Below, piece after piece: positions 37,576 to 48,884 of a stretch of DNA of 64,000 bases. Under the pieces are notes generated by a model. It saw only the letters and a list, made by a program, of their open reading frames with translations, was not told the DNA's origin and ran no database searches. This DNA is from Leptospiraceae bacterium (GTDB taxonomy: Bacteria > Spirochaetota > Leptospiria > Leptospirales > Leptonemataceae), in NCBI GenBank assembly GCA_040217195.1, contig JAVJNR010000008.1, positions 160,001 through 224,000 on the forward strand, written 5' to 3'. Every line of letters begins with the position of its first letter. The stretch's first letter is position 1. Position numbers and translations under genes: made by a program.

Positions 37576-40500
37576 ATGACCAGAGGATGGAGATTCTTTG
37601 CTGATCGAGGGGGGACGTTCACTGATATCGTTGCCCTGGATCCTGAAAATAGACTGCATACCCATAAATTACTGTCATCCTCGCAGAATTACAGCGATCC
37701 TGTGCAGGCTGGAATTCGCTATCTACTGAATCGAAGGGAATCCAGTTCAAAAACTGAAACAGCCGCAGATTCGCAGATGCAGAATCTGGATCTCTCTCGA
37801 ATTGAGGAGATTCGCGTAGGGACAACCATCGGTACCAATGCATTGCTGGAGCATAAAACTGCAAGAGTGGGGCTGATTATTACCCGTGGATTCAGAGATC
37901 TGCTACGCATAGGACATCAGTCCAGACCAGACCTATTCGCATTGCAGATCAAGCTTCCGGAATTACTGTATGTATCATCTGCAGAAGTGACTGAGAGGAT
38001 TGGCCATGATGGTAGGATCATCGAGCCTCTGGATAATGAAACCCTGGAAAAGGCACTTTCACAGATAAGTCAGACGAATGTGGATTGCCTGACCGTACTG
38101 TTTCTAAATTCAGCGGCGAATCCTGTTCATGAAATCCAGGCCGGGGAATGGATTCGAAAACATAGTTCTCTTCCAGTATATCTTTCCCATGAATCCAGTC
38201 TTCTTACCGGTGCTGTGGACCGGGGCGATACTACCCTGGTGGATGCAGCCCTGGGTCCTCTCATACGTAACTATGCATCTGAAGTGGAATCCTTCAGTTC
38301 TGCTCCTGTCTATTTCATGGGCTCCTCCGGATCTCTGTACCCGGCCGGTCAGTTTTCCGGTAAGGACAGTTTGCTTTCCGGGCCGGCCGGAGGGATGAAT
38401 GCTGTGGCAGCAATCTGCAATCGCTACAATATTAAGATGGCCGTTGGTTTCGACATGGGTGGCACTTCCACCGATGTATTTTGCTACGAAGGTAAATTGC
38501 TCAGACAGGATTCCACAGAGGTGGGAGGCTATAAGATTCAGGCCCCTCATCTTAGAATTCATACCATTGCCTCCGGAGGAGGCTCCATACTTCAAAAGGA
38601 TGGAATGAGACTTCTGGTAGGCCCCGAATCCGCCGGAGCTCGGCCTGGTCCGGCTTTCTATGGACTGGGTGGCCCCGCCACAATCACAGATGCAAATGTA
38701 GTTCTGGGCCGGGTGCTTCCTTCCCGATTTCCATCGATTTTTGGAGAAGATGGAAAGCAAAGCCCTCAACCAAAACGCTCCGGAGAGGCGCTGCAGGAAC
38801 TGATGAATTCGCCGGATGAGTCTGTGGAGGAAATTGCAGAAGGATTCCTGGCTATAGCATGTGAGCAGATGGCCGGAGCTGTACGAAAGATGACCATCGA
38901 GCAGGGCCGGGATCCTGAGAATTATACTATGGTAAGCTTTGGCGGTGCAGGAGGCCAGGTAGCCTGCGAAGTGGCCAGTCGGGCCGGTATCAAACGTATC
39001 CTGTTTCCCGGGCTGGCAGGCCTATTTTCGGCGGCCGGAATTGGAGGTACACAACATAGCACTCTGCATACGATTGCCCTGGGTGGGCCTTTATCCGATT
39101 CCATGTCCAGGGCTAAACAGGCCTTTCTGAACTTAAGTTCGCAGCAGGAAGATCGGGAAGATCTGCATCTGGAGTTTCGAGTTCTACCAGGAGGATCGGA
39201 CTTTCATGTTTCTTTATCCTATGATTTCTGGCCTGAATTAAAGACCGTTGAAGACGATTTTAACCGAAAGTTCAAGCAGCTCTATGGATACGAATCATTA
39301 CCGGGGCTTCGTCTGTCTTCGGTGCTTGTAGAATTTCTTCACGGAGGCGCCGAGCTATTCCAGGATGCATCCCGGCCCGAGACTTTTAGTGAACGCAAAG
39401 AACACACCGCAGAGGCATCCAGCGTTACATCGGCCAGAGAATCCATCATTGAATCTATTCGATTATTCGACGGAGGATGGAAGCAGATGCAACACAGGCA
39501 GAGGATGAGCCTGGACGCAGGAGACAGCTTTACCGGGCCCATTCTAATTAGCTCGGCTACTGATACCGTTTACATTGCTTCCGGTTGGTCCGGGCTGGTT
39601 ACTGCATCTGGCGATCTGGATGTTCGCCGGGAAACCGGCGAAGCCGATGCTGCGGATACCTCCCGGGCCATTGCAATTTCTTCTGAAATACATCAAAGGA
39701 AACTGGAATCCATAGCAATTGAAATGGGCACTGTTCTACAGCGTACCGCCAGAAGCGTAAACATCAAGGAGCGATTGGATTTTTCATGCGCCATTTTTGA
39801 TTCAGAAGGTAGGATACTGGTAAGTGCACCTCATATACCCGTGCATCTTGGCTCCATGCAGGACAGCGTTCAGGCTATTCTACCCAACCTTTCCAGATCC
39901 GGCCGGAAGAACTCAGATATGGATGCACCCGGAGAGAGCTTCACCGGGGAAAATGGATTCTATCTCTTGAATGATCCGTATGCAGGCGGTACTCATTTAC
40001 CGGATATAACGGTCATCTGTCCTGTATATCTTTCCGGAGTGGAGACCCCTGGCCATGGAGAACGTGGCATCCGGAATTCCATCGATAGAATTGAGGGAAA
40101 GCCAGACTACTTCGTGGCTGCCCGGGGCCACCATGCTGATGTGGGAGGTATTTCCCCTGGTTCCATGCCCGCTATTTCAGAATCTATCGAAGATGAGGGA
40201 ATCTTGATTTCGCCCCGGTTCTTCCGTCGTAGTGACCTGGAAGAGAATGGGGAGTTGGAAGAATTGTTTCGCAAAGGGGGGGCCCGATCTCCTCAGACCA
40301 ATCGGGCCGATGTGGCCGCCCAGGTAGCGGCCTGTATTCGTGGGCTGGAATTGTTGCATAATCTGGATCAAAGTAGAGCGCCACAGCTGGAATCTTATTT
40401 GAGAGATGCGGCCCGACTGGCCGTGCATAATAGCTTAACTGATTTACTGGCGGGCGGACCACGTAGAGCCTCTCTGAAGCTGGATCCAGTTTCCGGTCAG

Positions 40501-41316
40501 GGCGAAAGCCATAGATCAATTGAGAATCATGCAGAGATATCATTGGTAATCAACTCCGATTCCGGAAAGTTCCTATTCGATTTTTCCGGCAGCTCCCTAC
40601 CGCCGGTGGCAAATTTCCATACACCTCCGGCTGTGGTGCGCTCCGCAGTGTTGTATAGTCTCTATCTAATAGCCGGAAGATCCATTCCATTGAATGCGGG
40701 CGCTCTGGATGAGATTGAGATTCGCACCGGTCAGACGTTTCTGAGAGCCATCTATCCCATGCCTGTGGTTGCAGGTAATGTGGAAACATCCCAGGTTCTG
40801 GTAGATACCATTTTGATGGCTGTGGGAGCTCTCAGTCCAGGACCTGGAACAATGAATAATCTGAGTTTTGGAAATGAAAACTACCAGTACTACGAAACCA
40901 TAGGGGGTGGCTCCGGGGCCGGTCCTGGATTTTCTGGAACTTCAGCTGTACAGTGTCATATGACAAATTCTCGTATTACGGATGCTGAGATTCTGGAAAG
41001 CCGATTTCCGGTCCTACTGGAAGAATTCAGTATTCGCAGCCATAGTGGAGGCAGAGGCAAATTTTCCGGAGGCGATGGGCTGATTCGTCAGATTCGTTTT
41101 CTGGAAGATATGACTGTTTCCATCCTGTCCAATCGAAGGGTTGTGCAGGCCAGCGGACTTTCGGGGGGCCTGGCAGGAAAGAGGGGAATCAATCTGATCA
41201 TTGAGAAGCATGGAATGAAGGAGCTTGGCTATTGCAGCAGTCGAATTGTAAAAGCCGGGGAGGCCATACGAATCGAAACACCAGGGGGGGCAGGCTACGG
41301 AAAGCTTCAGGGGTAG
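37576..41316 (+). CDS. 5-oxoprolinase / hydantoinase A+B fusion
   Basis: DRGGTFTD, DMGGTSTD, ARSVNIKERLDFSCA, HIPVHLG, NDPYAGGTHLPD, ETPGGAGYG. Confidence 0.93.
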   Translation: MTRGWRFFADRGGTFTDIVALDPENRLHTHKLLSSSQNYSDPVQAGIRYLLNRRESSSKTETAADSQMQNLDLSRIEEIRVGTTIGTNALLEHKTARVGLIITRGFRDLLRIGHQSRPDLFALQIKLPELLYVSSAEVTERIGHDGRIIEPLDNETLEKALSQISQTNVDCLTVLFLNSAANPVHEIQAGEWIRKHSSLPVYLSHESSLLTGAVDRGDTTLVDAALGPLIRNYASEVESFSSAPVYFMGSSGSLYPAGQFSGKDSLLSGPAGGMNAVAAICNRYNIKMAVGFDMGGTSTDVFCYEGKLLRQDSTEVGGYKIQAPHLRIHTIASGGGSILQKDGMRLLVGPESAGARPGPAFYGLGGPATITDANVVLGRVLPSRFPSIFGEDGKQSPQPKRSGEALQELMNSPDESVEEIAEGFLAIACEQMAGAVRKMTIEQGRDPENYTMVSFGGAGGQVACEVASRAGIKRILFPGLAGLFSAAGIGGTQHSTLHTIALGGPLSDSMSRAKQAFLNLSSQQEDREDLHLEFRVLPGGSDFHVSLSYDFWPELKTVEDDFNRKFKQLYGYESLPGLRLSSVLVEFLHGGAELFQDASRPETFSERKEHTAEASSVTSARESIIESIRLFDGGWKQMQHRQRMSLDAGDSFTGPILISSATDTVYIASGWSGLVTASGDLDVRRETGEADAADTSRAIAISSEIHQRKLESIAIEMGTVLQRTARSVNIKERLDFSCAIFDSEGRILVSAPHIPVHLGSMQDSVQAILPNLSRSGRKNSDMDAPGESFTGENGFYLLNDPYAGGTHLPDITVICPVYLSGVETPGHGERGIRNSIDRIEGKPDYFVAARGHHADVGGISPGSMPAISESIEDEGILISPRFFRRSDLEENGELEELFRKGGARSPQTNRADVAAQVAACIRGLELLHNLDQSRAPQLESYLRDAARLAVHNSLTDLLAGGPRRASLKLDPVSGQGESHRSIENHAEISLVINSDSGKFLFDFSGSSLPPVANFHTPPAVVRSAVLYSLYLIAGRSIPLNAGALDEIEIRTGQTFLRAIYPMPVVAGNVETSQVLVDTILMAVGALSPGPGTMNNLSFGNENYQYYETIGGGSGAGPGFSGTSAVQCHMTNSRITDAEILESRFPVLLEEFSIRSHSGGRGKFSGGDGLIRQIRFLEDMTVSILSNRRVVQASGLSGGLAGKRGINLIIEKHGMKELGYCSSRIVKAGEAIRIETPGGAGYGKLQG

Positions 41317-41466
41317 AATTTAGAGTTCGTCACCGATTCATCTATTACTTATTTTTTTTGGCCCCGCGGCGGATTGTGCATGCAACGGTTTTTTTGCATT
41401 TATTTGCCGGGGTGGTAATCCATAGACGCCCAGGAATTAAAGTGCGTATCATTCCCCAGAGAGTGT

Positions 41467-41814
41467 TCAGTTCTGTTTGCGAGAGCAATCCCTGATCAAG
41501 GTATTTACGTTGTCATCAGCCAGGCTTTCATGCTGCAGATAGCTGATGGGTAGGCCTACGACTGGAATGGCCAGTGCTTCCGGAAAAATAAAGTAGAGTA
41601 TTACCCCGGTTGTTCCAAGTACTATGTTTGCATTTCTGTACTCGCCGGTGATATCTTCATATCTTTCGAAGGAATAATCAAAGGCCTTTTGACATTCTCG
41701 ACTTTGATTCGGTGGGTTGGCCGGCGGCGCGGTGAGACAAGCAGTGCAAAATAACAGAAGTACAGCCAATATCTGAATCGGTCTCCTTCCACCAGGTTCC
41801 ATCTTCGACGCCAT
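41467..41814 (-). CDS. Small lipoprotein (paralog A)
   Basis: Lipobox FCTAC; similar to 41907-42227. Confidence 0.65.
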   Translation of the reverse strand: MASKMEPGGRRPIQILAVLLLFCTACLTAPPANPPNQSRECQKAFDYSFERYEDITGEYRNANIVLGTTGVILYFIFPEALAIPVVGLPISYLQHESLADDNVNTLIRDCSRKQN

Positions 41815-41906
41815 CTACAGGTTCGTATGGCAGGAACTTCGCAGACGGGAAAGCAAAAAAGAAAGGCATTTTGGTTGGGTATGGGCAGGCTAATACCATC
41901 CAGGGT

Positions 41907-42227
41907 TCAAATTGTTCCTTTTGAGCATTCTTCCTGCAGAAAAGTCCGGTTTTTCTCGACCAGGGTTTCGTGACGGTCATAGCTCATCGGTATTCCAATA
42001 GCTGGAATTGCCAGGCCCTGAATAAATCCAAACCAGACCACCGCTCCTGCGTAAGAAATCAATGTATTGCTTACGTGATAGCTTTCGGTAATGGACTGCT
42101 GATTGCGGCGGGCTTCGTAATAAGCTTCCATACATTTCTCACCCTGGTGGGGAGCTTCTTCGGGCAAAGTGGACAAGCAGGAAAGCCCCACGGCGGCGAT
42201 GCAAAATGCAATGCAGATACGGCCCAT
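41907..42227 (-). CDS. Small lipoprotein (paralog B)
   Basis: Lipobox VGLSC; similar to 41467-41814. Confidence 0.65.
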   Translation of the reverse strand: MGRICIAFCIAAVGLSCLSTLPEEAPHQGEKCMEAYYEARRNQQSITESYHVSNTLISYAGAVVWFGFIQGLAIPAIGIPMSYDRHETLVEKNRTFLQEECSKGTI

Positions 42228-42288
42228 CAACGAATGGACGAGATCCATCCTGCCGGGGTTCGAGGCCAGCCAGAAGAACGATTGAGAT

Positions 42289-42320
42289 AAAAAAAGGCGC
42301 CTCATTTTGAGACGCCTTTT
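42289..42320. terminator. Bidirectional-type rho-independent terminator
   Basis: aaaaaaaggcgcctca-ttt-tgagacgcctttt. Confidence 0.75.
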
Positions 42321-42374
42321 ACGGGGATTTGCCGCCGGTTATTGCCCGGCGGATCCCAGCCTATTTTAGGCAGA

Positions 42375-44672
42375 TCAATGCTCGGCGGAAGCGGCTTCCT
42401 TTGAGGCGAATCCACCTGAGATGGCTCCGGTGCCGCCTTTCATGGAGGCAGCTACCAGTTCTGCAATATCCAGTACCTTCACATCCTGCAGTTCGGTGTT
42501 TTTTACACCGTCTGAGATCATGATCATACAGAAAGGACAGGCTGTAGCAATAGTATCTGCTCCAGTGTCGATGAGCTGTTGAGTACGTTTGTTGTTTACT
42601 CTCTCATACTGCTCTTCCATCCACATTTGAGCTCCACCGGCGCCGCAGCACAGGGAAGTCTTATGAGAGTCGGAAGCTTCGGCAATGTCCATTCCCAGAG
42701 CAGCACGGATGGTATTTCTGGGCTGCTCATACACATCGTTATACCTTCCCAGATAACAGGAGTCGTGGTAAGTTCCTCGACGATTCTGCATTTCTTCCAC
42801 GGCCTTCTCATCCATCTCAATCTTTCCATCGTTGATCAGGTCTTCGATAAAATCGGAATGGTGCTGAACATCAAAGTTTCCGCCAAATTGCGGATACTCA
42901 TTTTTCAGTGTGTTGAAGCAGTGAGGACAGGCAGTTACAATCTTCTTAACATTGTATTTGTTCAGAGTCTCAACGTTGGTTTGAGCAAGCATCTGATACA
43001 GGTATTCATTACCACCTCGACGCGCGCTATCTCCGGTACATCCTTCTTCTGCGCCCAGGATACCGAAGTTAACATTGGCAGCCTGCATAACCTTTACGAA
43101 AGATCGTGCAATGGTCTTGTTTCTATCGTCGAAGGATGCAGCACAACCGGTCCAATAGAGTACATCGATGTTAGGATCTTCTTCCAGGGTTTTTACGCCC
43201 AGACCATCGGCCCAATCCGCTCTGGTATGCGCGCCCACACCCCATGGATTGGAATTGTTCTCCATATTGACGAATGCATTTTGAAGTTCCTGGGGCATTC
43301 GGCTTTCGGCCAGAACCAGGTTTCGACGCATTTCCAGAATGGCTTCCAGCTGGTTATTACCCACCGGACAGGCTTCCACGCAGGCAGCGCAGGAAGTACA
43401 GGCCCACAGTTCCTCGTCGGTGATATAGGGATCGCCAATTACCGGTGAAGGAGCCGGGCCTTCTTCCGGGTTATGGCTCATGATTGCTTTGGAGTGATCC
43501 AACATGGAATGCTTGAGATCCACCATGATCTTTTTTGGATCCAGAGGCTTGCCGGTGCGATTTGCAGGACATTCTACTGTGCAGCGGCCGCATTCGATAC
43601 AGGAAAGCCCATCGATCATACTGGTCCAGGGCAGCTCGGTTACGTTACCGGCACCCCATACAGCAGTCTCGCTTTCCAGGTCGATGTAATTCATGGTTCC
43701 TATGGGCTGGTCTTTAACCATGAAGAAATTGATAGGAGCAAAAATCAGGTGACCGTGCTTGGAGTTAGGAACATAGACCATGAAGATGTACACGGTCATG
43801 ATATGTACCCACCAGGAGAAGTTGCGCACAGCCTCTGCTTCTACGGTAGAGTCCATACCCAGCAAACCGAGTAGCTTGAGAACTACGTTGTTTACCCAGC
43901 TTGCATGGGCCCCTGCATTCAGGCTTACCTGAGCGGCCGAGCCGATGAGGGTAGACACCATCAGGGTTCCAATCATCAAAATTACAATTGCAGATTGAGC
44001 GGATGGAATATCCAGACCTTTGGCCCGTCGAATCCAGCGGCGGTAGGCAAAATAGCCCAGACCGGTAAGAACCAGCAGGGAGAAATTCTGTACTACGGCT
44101 TCGTAGATAAAGGCTCCAGAACCAATGATGATGGCAAAGCCTGCTCCGAGTTCAGCCATGAGCAGCAGCAGAAAGGCCCACTGTATCCCGGGGCTCTTCT
44201 GGGCTGAGAAGTTTTTACCAATCTTCAGGTTGAAGTAGGCCACAAAGGTCAGTGCCATGACAGCAATCACACCCGTTATGGCCAGAAGTGCCTGACCTTC
44301 GGTGAGATCCAGCCCCAGATAGGTAAACTCTGGAATCCAGAATTCATAGGGACTGATCCCGGCCGCCAGAAGAAAGCTCCAGCCATTACCGGCCACCATC
44401 TGGCTTGTAGTATGCACTCCATAAATAACGAAGCCATAAAAGATAAAGGCATGCATTAGCCCCCGAACGGGATGCTTAAACAGCTTCTTCTGAAACAGAA
44501 CGTTGAATAGAAATGAGCGGAGCCGGGCTTCGATAGAGGCCAGGTTGTCCACTTTCTGACCCTTTGAGGCCAGCTTAAGCCGATAGTAAACGGCATAAAC
44601 AAAGGCAGCATTGGCCAGAGTGAAAATGGTTATGTGAAAAATATGGGTTAGTATGTCCCCGGTGGAAAGCAT
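42375..44672 (-). CDS. Membrane-bound Fe-S oxidoreductase (FadF/HdrD-like, CCG domains)
   Basis: Multi-TM N-terminus, CIECGRCTVEC and CTSCAACVEAC, TACPHC, YHDSC, CCGAGG, TACPFC. Confidence 0.9.
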   Translation of the reverse strand: MLSTGDILTHIFHITIFTLANAAFVYAVYYRLKLASKGQKVDNLASIEARLRSFLFNVLFQKKLFKHPVRGLMHAFIFYGFVIYGVHTTSQMVAGNGWSFLLAAGISPYEFWIPEFTYLGLDLTEGQALLAITGVIAVMALTFVAYFNLKIGKNFSAQKSPGIQWAFLLLLMAELGAGFAIIIGSGAFIYEAVVQNFSLLVLTGLGYFAYRRWIRRAKGLDIPSAQSAIVILMIGTLMVSTLIGSAAQVSLNAGAHASWVNNVVLKLLGLLGMDSTVEAEAVRNFSWWVHIMTVYIFMVYVPNSKHGHLIFAPINFFMVKDQPIGTMNYIDLESETAVWGAGNVTELPWTSMIDGLSCIECGRCTVECPANRTGKPLDPKKIMVDLKHSMLDHSKAIMSHNPEEGPAPSPVIGDPYITDEELWACTSCAACVEACPVGNNQLEAILEMRRNLVLAESRMPQELQNAFVNMENNSNPWGVGAHTRADWADGLGVKTLEEDPNIDVLYWTGCAASFDDRNKTIARSFVKVMQAANVNFGILGAEEGCTGDSARRGGNEYLYQMLAQTNVETLNKYNVKKIVTACPHCFNTLKNEYPQFGGNFDVQHHSDFIEDLINDGKIEMDEKAVEEMQNRRGTYHDSCYLGRYNDVYEQPRNTIRAALGMDIAEASDSHKTSLCCGAGGAQMWMEEQYERVNNKRTQQLIDTGADTIATACPFCMIMISDGVKNTELQDVKVLDIAELVAASMKGGTGAISGGFASKEAASAEH

Positions 44673-44785
44673 GCAAAAACTCCCGATGCAGATGTTTGGT
44701 TGTCTGGTAGAGACAGGGAATTTGAGTACAGGCCGGAAGTCCAGAAAAAAGCTGTGCAATGTGCCCCGAATTGGAAAATTGAGGC

Positions 44786-45883
44786 ATGCAGCTTTTCGCC
44801 AACGACACAACGGATTCCATCCTGAAGAAGGCTCTGGGCGGTAACCGAATCAGTCCTGAAGAGGCACTGGAGCTATACGAAAATGGAGATTACCTGAAGA
44901 TTCAGGCTGTGGCTCGAGAGCTAAGAAACCGAAAGGTTTCCCCGGCCATAGCCAGTTATACTGCCTTTCGCGTTGTTAACTACACAAATTACTGTAATGT
45001 AGAATGCTCCTTTTGCAGTTTCATGGATGAAATAGGGAACGGCAAAGGCTATGTTCTGAGCAAAGAAGAAGTATTGCAGAAAATGGAAGAAGCGGTGGCT
45101 CAGGGAGCCGATCAGATGTTTCTTCAGGGCGGTGTTTATCCGGAATTGGCCTTTGATTATTATCTGGAATTAATGCGCTATGTAAAGGAGAAGCTGGGCC
45201 AGCAAATCCATATTCGAGCCTTTTCTCCGGTAGAACTCAGGAGTATGGCAGACATTACAGGCAGACCTTTGCCCCAGGTTTTGCAGGATCTGAAAAGTGC
45301 AGGCCTGGACTCTGTTCCCGGTGCCGGTGCAGAGATACTAACAGAAAGGATGCGCAAGATACTTTCGCCCAAGAAAGCTACTACGGAACAATGGGTAGAG
45401 GTAATGGAAACCTGTCATCGGGAAGGACTACCTGGAAGCGCCAATGTAGTGTTTGGTTCGGAAGAAACGGCAAGTGAAGTCGTAGAGCATTTAAATGTAA
45501 TCCGGCAGCTACAGGATCGCACCGGCGGATTCAAGAGCTTCATTCCCTGGACTTTCCAGAAGCAGACCAAGAAATTCTATGTAAGAGCTGTACCCGCTCA
45601 GGAATATCTGAAGGTGCTGGGTATTTGCAGAATCTTTCTGGATAACATCGATCATATCGAGACCAGTCTGATGGTTCTTGGCCAGGGTGTGGGACAGCTT
45701 GCACTTCATTCCGGAGCCGATGATATCTCCTCCATTGTCATTGAGGAGAATGTATTGCGTAGTTTCGGGATTAAATCCGAAGAGAAAGCACGCAAGTTCC
45801 TCCAGGAGTCAGGCTTTATTCCGGTCCGGCGGGATCTGCTGTACAATTACCAGGATATGCCCGCAGAACGACAAACTGCCTAG
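44786..45883 (+). CDS. mqnC: CofH/MqnC-family radical SAM enzyme (probable cyclic dehypoxanthine futalosine synthase)
   Basis: [32 protein letters not shown]. Confidence 0.75.
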   Translation: MQLFANDTTDSILKKALGGNRISPEEALELYENGDYLKIQAVARELRNRKVSPAIASYTAFRVVNYTNYCNVECSFCSFMDEIGNGKGYVLSKEEVLQKMEEAVAQGADQMFLQGGVYPELAFDYYLELMRYVKEKLGQQIHIRAFSPVELRSMADITGRPLPQVLQDLKSAGLDSVPGAGAEILTERMRKILSPKKATTEQWVEVMETCHREGLPGSANVVFGSEETASEVVEHLNVIRQLQDRTGGFKSFIPWTFQKQTKKFYVRAVPAQEYLKVLGICRIFLDNIDHIETSLMVLGQGVGQLALHSGADDISSIVIEENVLRSFGIKSEEKARKFLQESGFIPVRRDLLYNYQDMPAERQTA

Positions 45884-46070
45884 CTCTCTTTTTTCTGTCA
45901 AAGGATGTTGATACCGAAATAGTGTTTGCCAATGGGGCAGTGCACTGTACGCTCCTGTCCTGGCAAAGGGGACCCAATCCAGTCCGTTAATACCGGGCCC
46001 GGGCTCGCCTTTCGAGCTGTTACAACAGCCCATCCAAGATAGAACTTATTTTTAGAGAGGAACATCCGCA

Positions 46071-48884
46071 GTGGAATCCCGGGGCGAAGTGCCCTTCCAT
46101 AGAACTTTACGATTCAAACTGCTGGTAGCCATTATTGGAAGCCTGGGGATACTGTCTCTATTTCTCATCCAGTACGGCTATAGCGTTGCCCGGGATGCCC
46201 TGGTGGAAGGTACCATCGAGGATCTAAAACAAAGTACTCAATTAGCTACAAACGAACTACAATCCAGTCTTGAATTCTATGACCGGGGAATCCTGAATCG
46301 TACAGAAGCCCTGGAACTTATTGATCGTAATCTGGCAGGTGAGATCCGTCAGATCCGGATTCGCCTGGATCCACAAACCATTGCGCAGGTTGAGCGAAAC
46401 TTTCCCGGCATATTTGCCCCGGGTGAACTTCGTTGGATTCCTCCAGTGCTCAAGGACCTGGAAGATGGAGATGAATTTCCAGGCATTCATGAAGAGCTGG
46501 AACATGGCAGTCCTGTGGTGCCATTTCTGCATCGAAATGAGCGAATTGGCTGGATAATGAATCTGGACGGAGACGCAGGACTATTGATTACGGATCCAGC
46601 CGTAAGCCTGAGGATCTTTCGCACTTATCTGGAAGCCGATCGAGCCAGAAAGTCCAGAATGGAGCAATCCCTGGATTTGCGTATCATGCGAGATCCGAGC
46701 ACGGTGACTGTCCAGGCAGCCGGAGATGGATATGTTTATGTTCTCACTCAGTACTCCCCTGGCTGGTTGCTACCAGGCACCAGCTACCCTGAGGATTACT
46801 CAAGAGAAGCCATCCAGGAAAGGATGGATGCAGGTCTTCCACAGCTAAAAACTCCGGCGGAAAGGCAGAGATATCTGGATCTGTACGGCACCAGCGCCGA
46901 GGATCAGTACTATTTTATCCTGGAATTTATGCTCCGGGAAAACAAGCCACCTCTACCTATCTATGCAGTTTCTCATCCCAACCTGGGCTTCCGAAATGCG
47001 GACTCCATTGAGTCTTATGGCGATCGGACCATTCGCAAAAAGAAGATCGGTCGGGACCTGGCTGTGGCTGCCAACGGTGTCTATGAATACTGGTGGAGAA
47101 ACCCAGGGGAAAAGAAGGCACGAAAAAAGCTGGCCCACTATCGAGACTTTCAATGGACCAGTGCAGATAATTCCTGGTCCGTTCGATGGGTTGTAAGTGC
47201 TGCAGCCTATGAAGATCAGGCATTTGCAGTGCTGGCGGATGTTCGGCTGAGAATCTATCTGGTATCGGGCCTTCTGGCCTTGATTACCGTGCTTGGACTG
47301 CTCTATCTATTTCGAACATCCGTACTGGCCGGATTTGAAGACCTGGTTACTGGAAGCCGCAACGTGTTGAAGCAGAACTTCTACGTGCGTATTCCGGTCC
47401 GGGGTACCGATGAAATCTCCACGGTGGCACGGGCCATGAACCTGGTGCTGGAAAAAGTGGGCGAAAGTCGCGAGCATGTGGAAAGCATTGCCCGTGAACT
47501 TAAAGTCCGCAGCAAATCGGAAAGCGATCTACAGCAGTTAACCAGAGATCTATATGTAAGATCTGCCATGGACATTCGCAGTCGCATGGAGGGTATGATT
47601 CGTGTGGCAGAGGCGCTGCAGGGAGCTCATTTTACCGATGGTGTTTTAAGACGGGAAGTGGATACCTTGCTGGAATCCGGGCTGCGCTTGAGATCCTTCG
47701 TAAACGATTTCTATGAATTCTCTCTTATTCGCTCCGGTTCCATTCCTCCGGCCCCATCCTGTGTGCCCGTAGAACCTGCTATACATTTTTCATTTAATCG
47801 AGCCCAGGAAATCGCTGAAGTGCATTCCTCGGTGAACCTGATCATGGCCAATCGAAACCTTCACCTGGACGTAGATCCGGTTTTTCTGGAGGCGATATTC
47901 GTAAATCTGTTCCATTATTGCCTGGACAGACAGAAGCAGGGGCGACTGGATCTGGAGATCCAGGATCAGGGTCGATGGATTGGATTTCAGCTCACATTAA
48001 GAGATACAGTCATGGATTCCAGGGAAGCTGTGGCCGCTTTCGACTTCTTTCTCTCTATAGTAGATAATCCCGGGGCGGGCACTGGATTGGCTCTCTGCAG
48101 ACTGTGGATTGAAGCCCTGGGCGGCAAGATAACCCTGGCAAGCGAAAGCGATCTGGGTACCAGGTTTCTGTTCACTCTTCCCTCACATCCAGGGCCCGGA
48201 CTGAAAATGGAGGCCAGGGAGCATCTAAATGATTTAAACTCCTATCTGGAATGGGCATCGCCCAGACAGGATGAGGGAGACCGGTTAGTTTCTATACTGC
48301 CGCCCTGGAAGATGAAGCAGGACGATACATTGAACTACGCCCGTTTCTACGGTGAAGAGGAGCAACTACGAGGACGTCTGTATTCCGGCGCGGATACGGA
48401 TGGCTATATGGTCGTACTGGTGGAGCGCAATGAGTCTTTGCAGAAAGCCTATGATTTTCAGGACTCGGCTCTGGTCTATCAGCAGGCCCTGGGTCATAAG
48501 GGACGCTCTGCAGGTGCCCATTTTGTTTCTCTGATTCGAGCTTCGGATGCCAGTCTTCTGGCCGAGGTGCACCGATGGCAGCAGTGGCTTTCCGTTCCAT
48601 TTCTGATTGAAGGTGATCTGGAGTTACCGGAAGATGCATTGCGCAGAAAGGTGCTCATACTCACCGATGAGCAGAACAACAAGCATGAATTCTTTGAGCT
48701 CTATCGTCCGGGGGACTATTTGAACCCTTTGAGAAAGAAGACCCTGAATGATTTCGAAAAGGGAGTGGAGGAATTCTTCGCCAATCGAAGGGACCAGGCA
48801 TTCTGGCTTTTCGAAGAGGTCCTTCGTGAAGATCCATCGGATCGAGTGGCATCCTCCTTCGCCTATAGAAACTTCTGGAAATAG
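46071..48884 (+). CDS. Membrane sensor with Cache-like/HAMP/HATPase-like domains, apparently degenerate
   Basis: Two TMs, YEYWWRNPGE Cache-like motif, HAMP GTDEISTVARAMN, GAGTGLAL...LGGKI...GTRFLFTLP. Confidence 0.7.
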   Translation: MESRGEVPFHRTLRFKLLVAIIGSLGILSLFLIQYGYSVARDALVEGTIEDLKQSTQLATNELQSSLEFYDRGILNRTEALELIDRNLAGEIRQIRIRLDPQTIAQVERNFPGIFAPGELRWIPPVLKDLEDGDEFPGIHEELEHGSPVVPFLHRNERIGWIMNLDGDAGLLITDPAVSLRIFRTYLEADRARKSRMEQSLDLRIMRDPSTVTVQAAGDGYVYVLTQYSPGWLLPGTSYPEDYSREAIQERMDAGLPQLKTPAERQRYLDLYGTSAEDQYYFILEFMLRENKPPLPIYAVSHPNLGFRNADSIESYGDRTIRKKKIGRDLAVAANGVYEYWWRNPGEKKARKKLAHYRDFQWTSADNSWSVRWVVSAAAYEDQAFAVLADVRLRIYLVSGLLALITVLGLLYLFRTSVLAGFEDLVTGSRNVLKQNFYVRIPVRGTDEISTVARAMNLVLEKVGESREHVESIARELKVRSKSESDLQQLTRDLYVRSAMDIRSRMEGMIRVAEALQGAHFTDGVLRREVDTLLESGLRLRSFVNDFYEFSLIRSGSIPPAPSCVPVEPAIHFSFNRAQEIAEVHSSVNLIMANRNLHLDVDPVFLEAIFVNLFHYCLDRQKQGRLDLEIQDQGRWIGFQLTLRDTVMDSREAVAAFDFFLSIVDNPGAGTGLALCRLWIEALGGKITLASESDLGTRFLFTLPSHPGPGLKMEAREHLNDLNSYLEWASPRQDEGDRLVSILPPWKMKQDDTLNYARFYGEEEQLRGRLYSGADTDGYMVVLVERNESLQKAYDFQDSALVYQQALGHKGRSAGAHFVSLIRASDASLLAEVHRWQQWLSVPFLIEGDLELPEDALRRKVLILTDEQNNKHEFFELYRPGDYLNPLRKKTLNDFEKGVEEFFANRRDQAFWLFEEVLREDPSDRVASSFAYRNFWK

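Noticed and set aside
42579..43448. 289-aa plus-strand ORF and similar antisense ORFs throughout
   Set aside because: Fully antisense to well-supported genes and without recognisable motifs.
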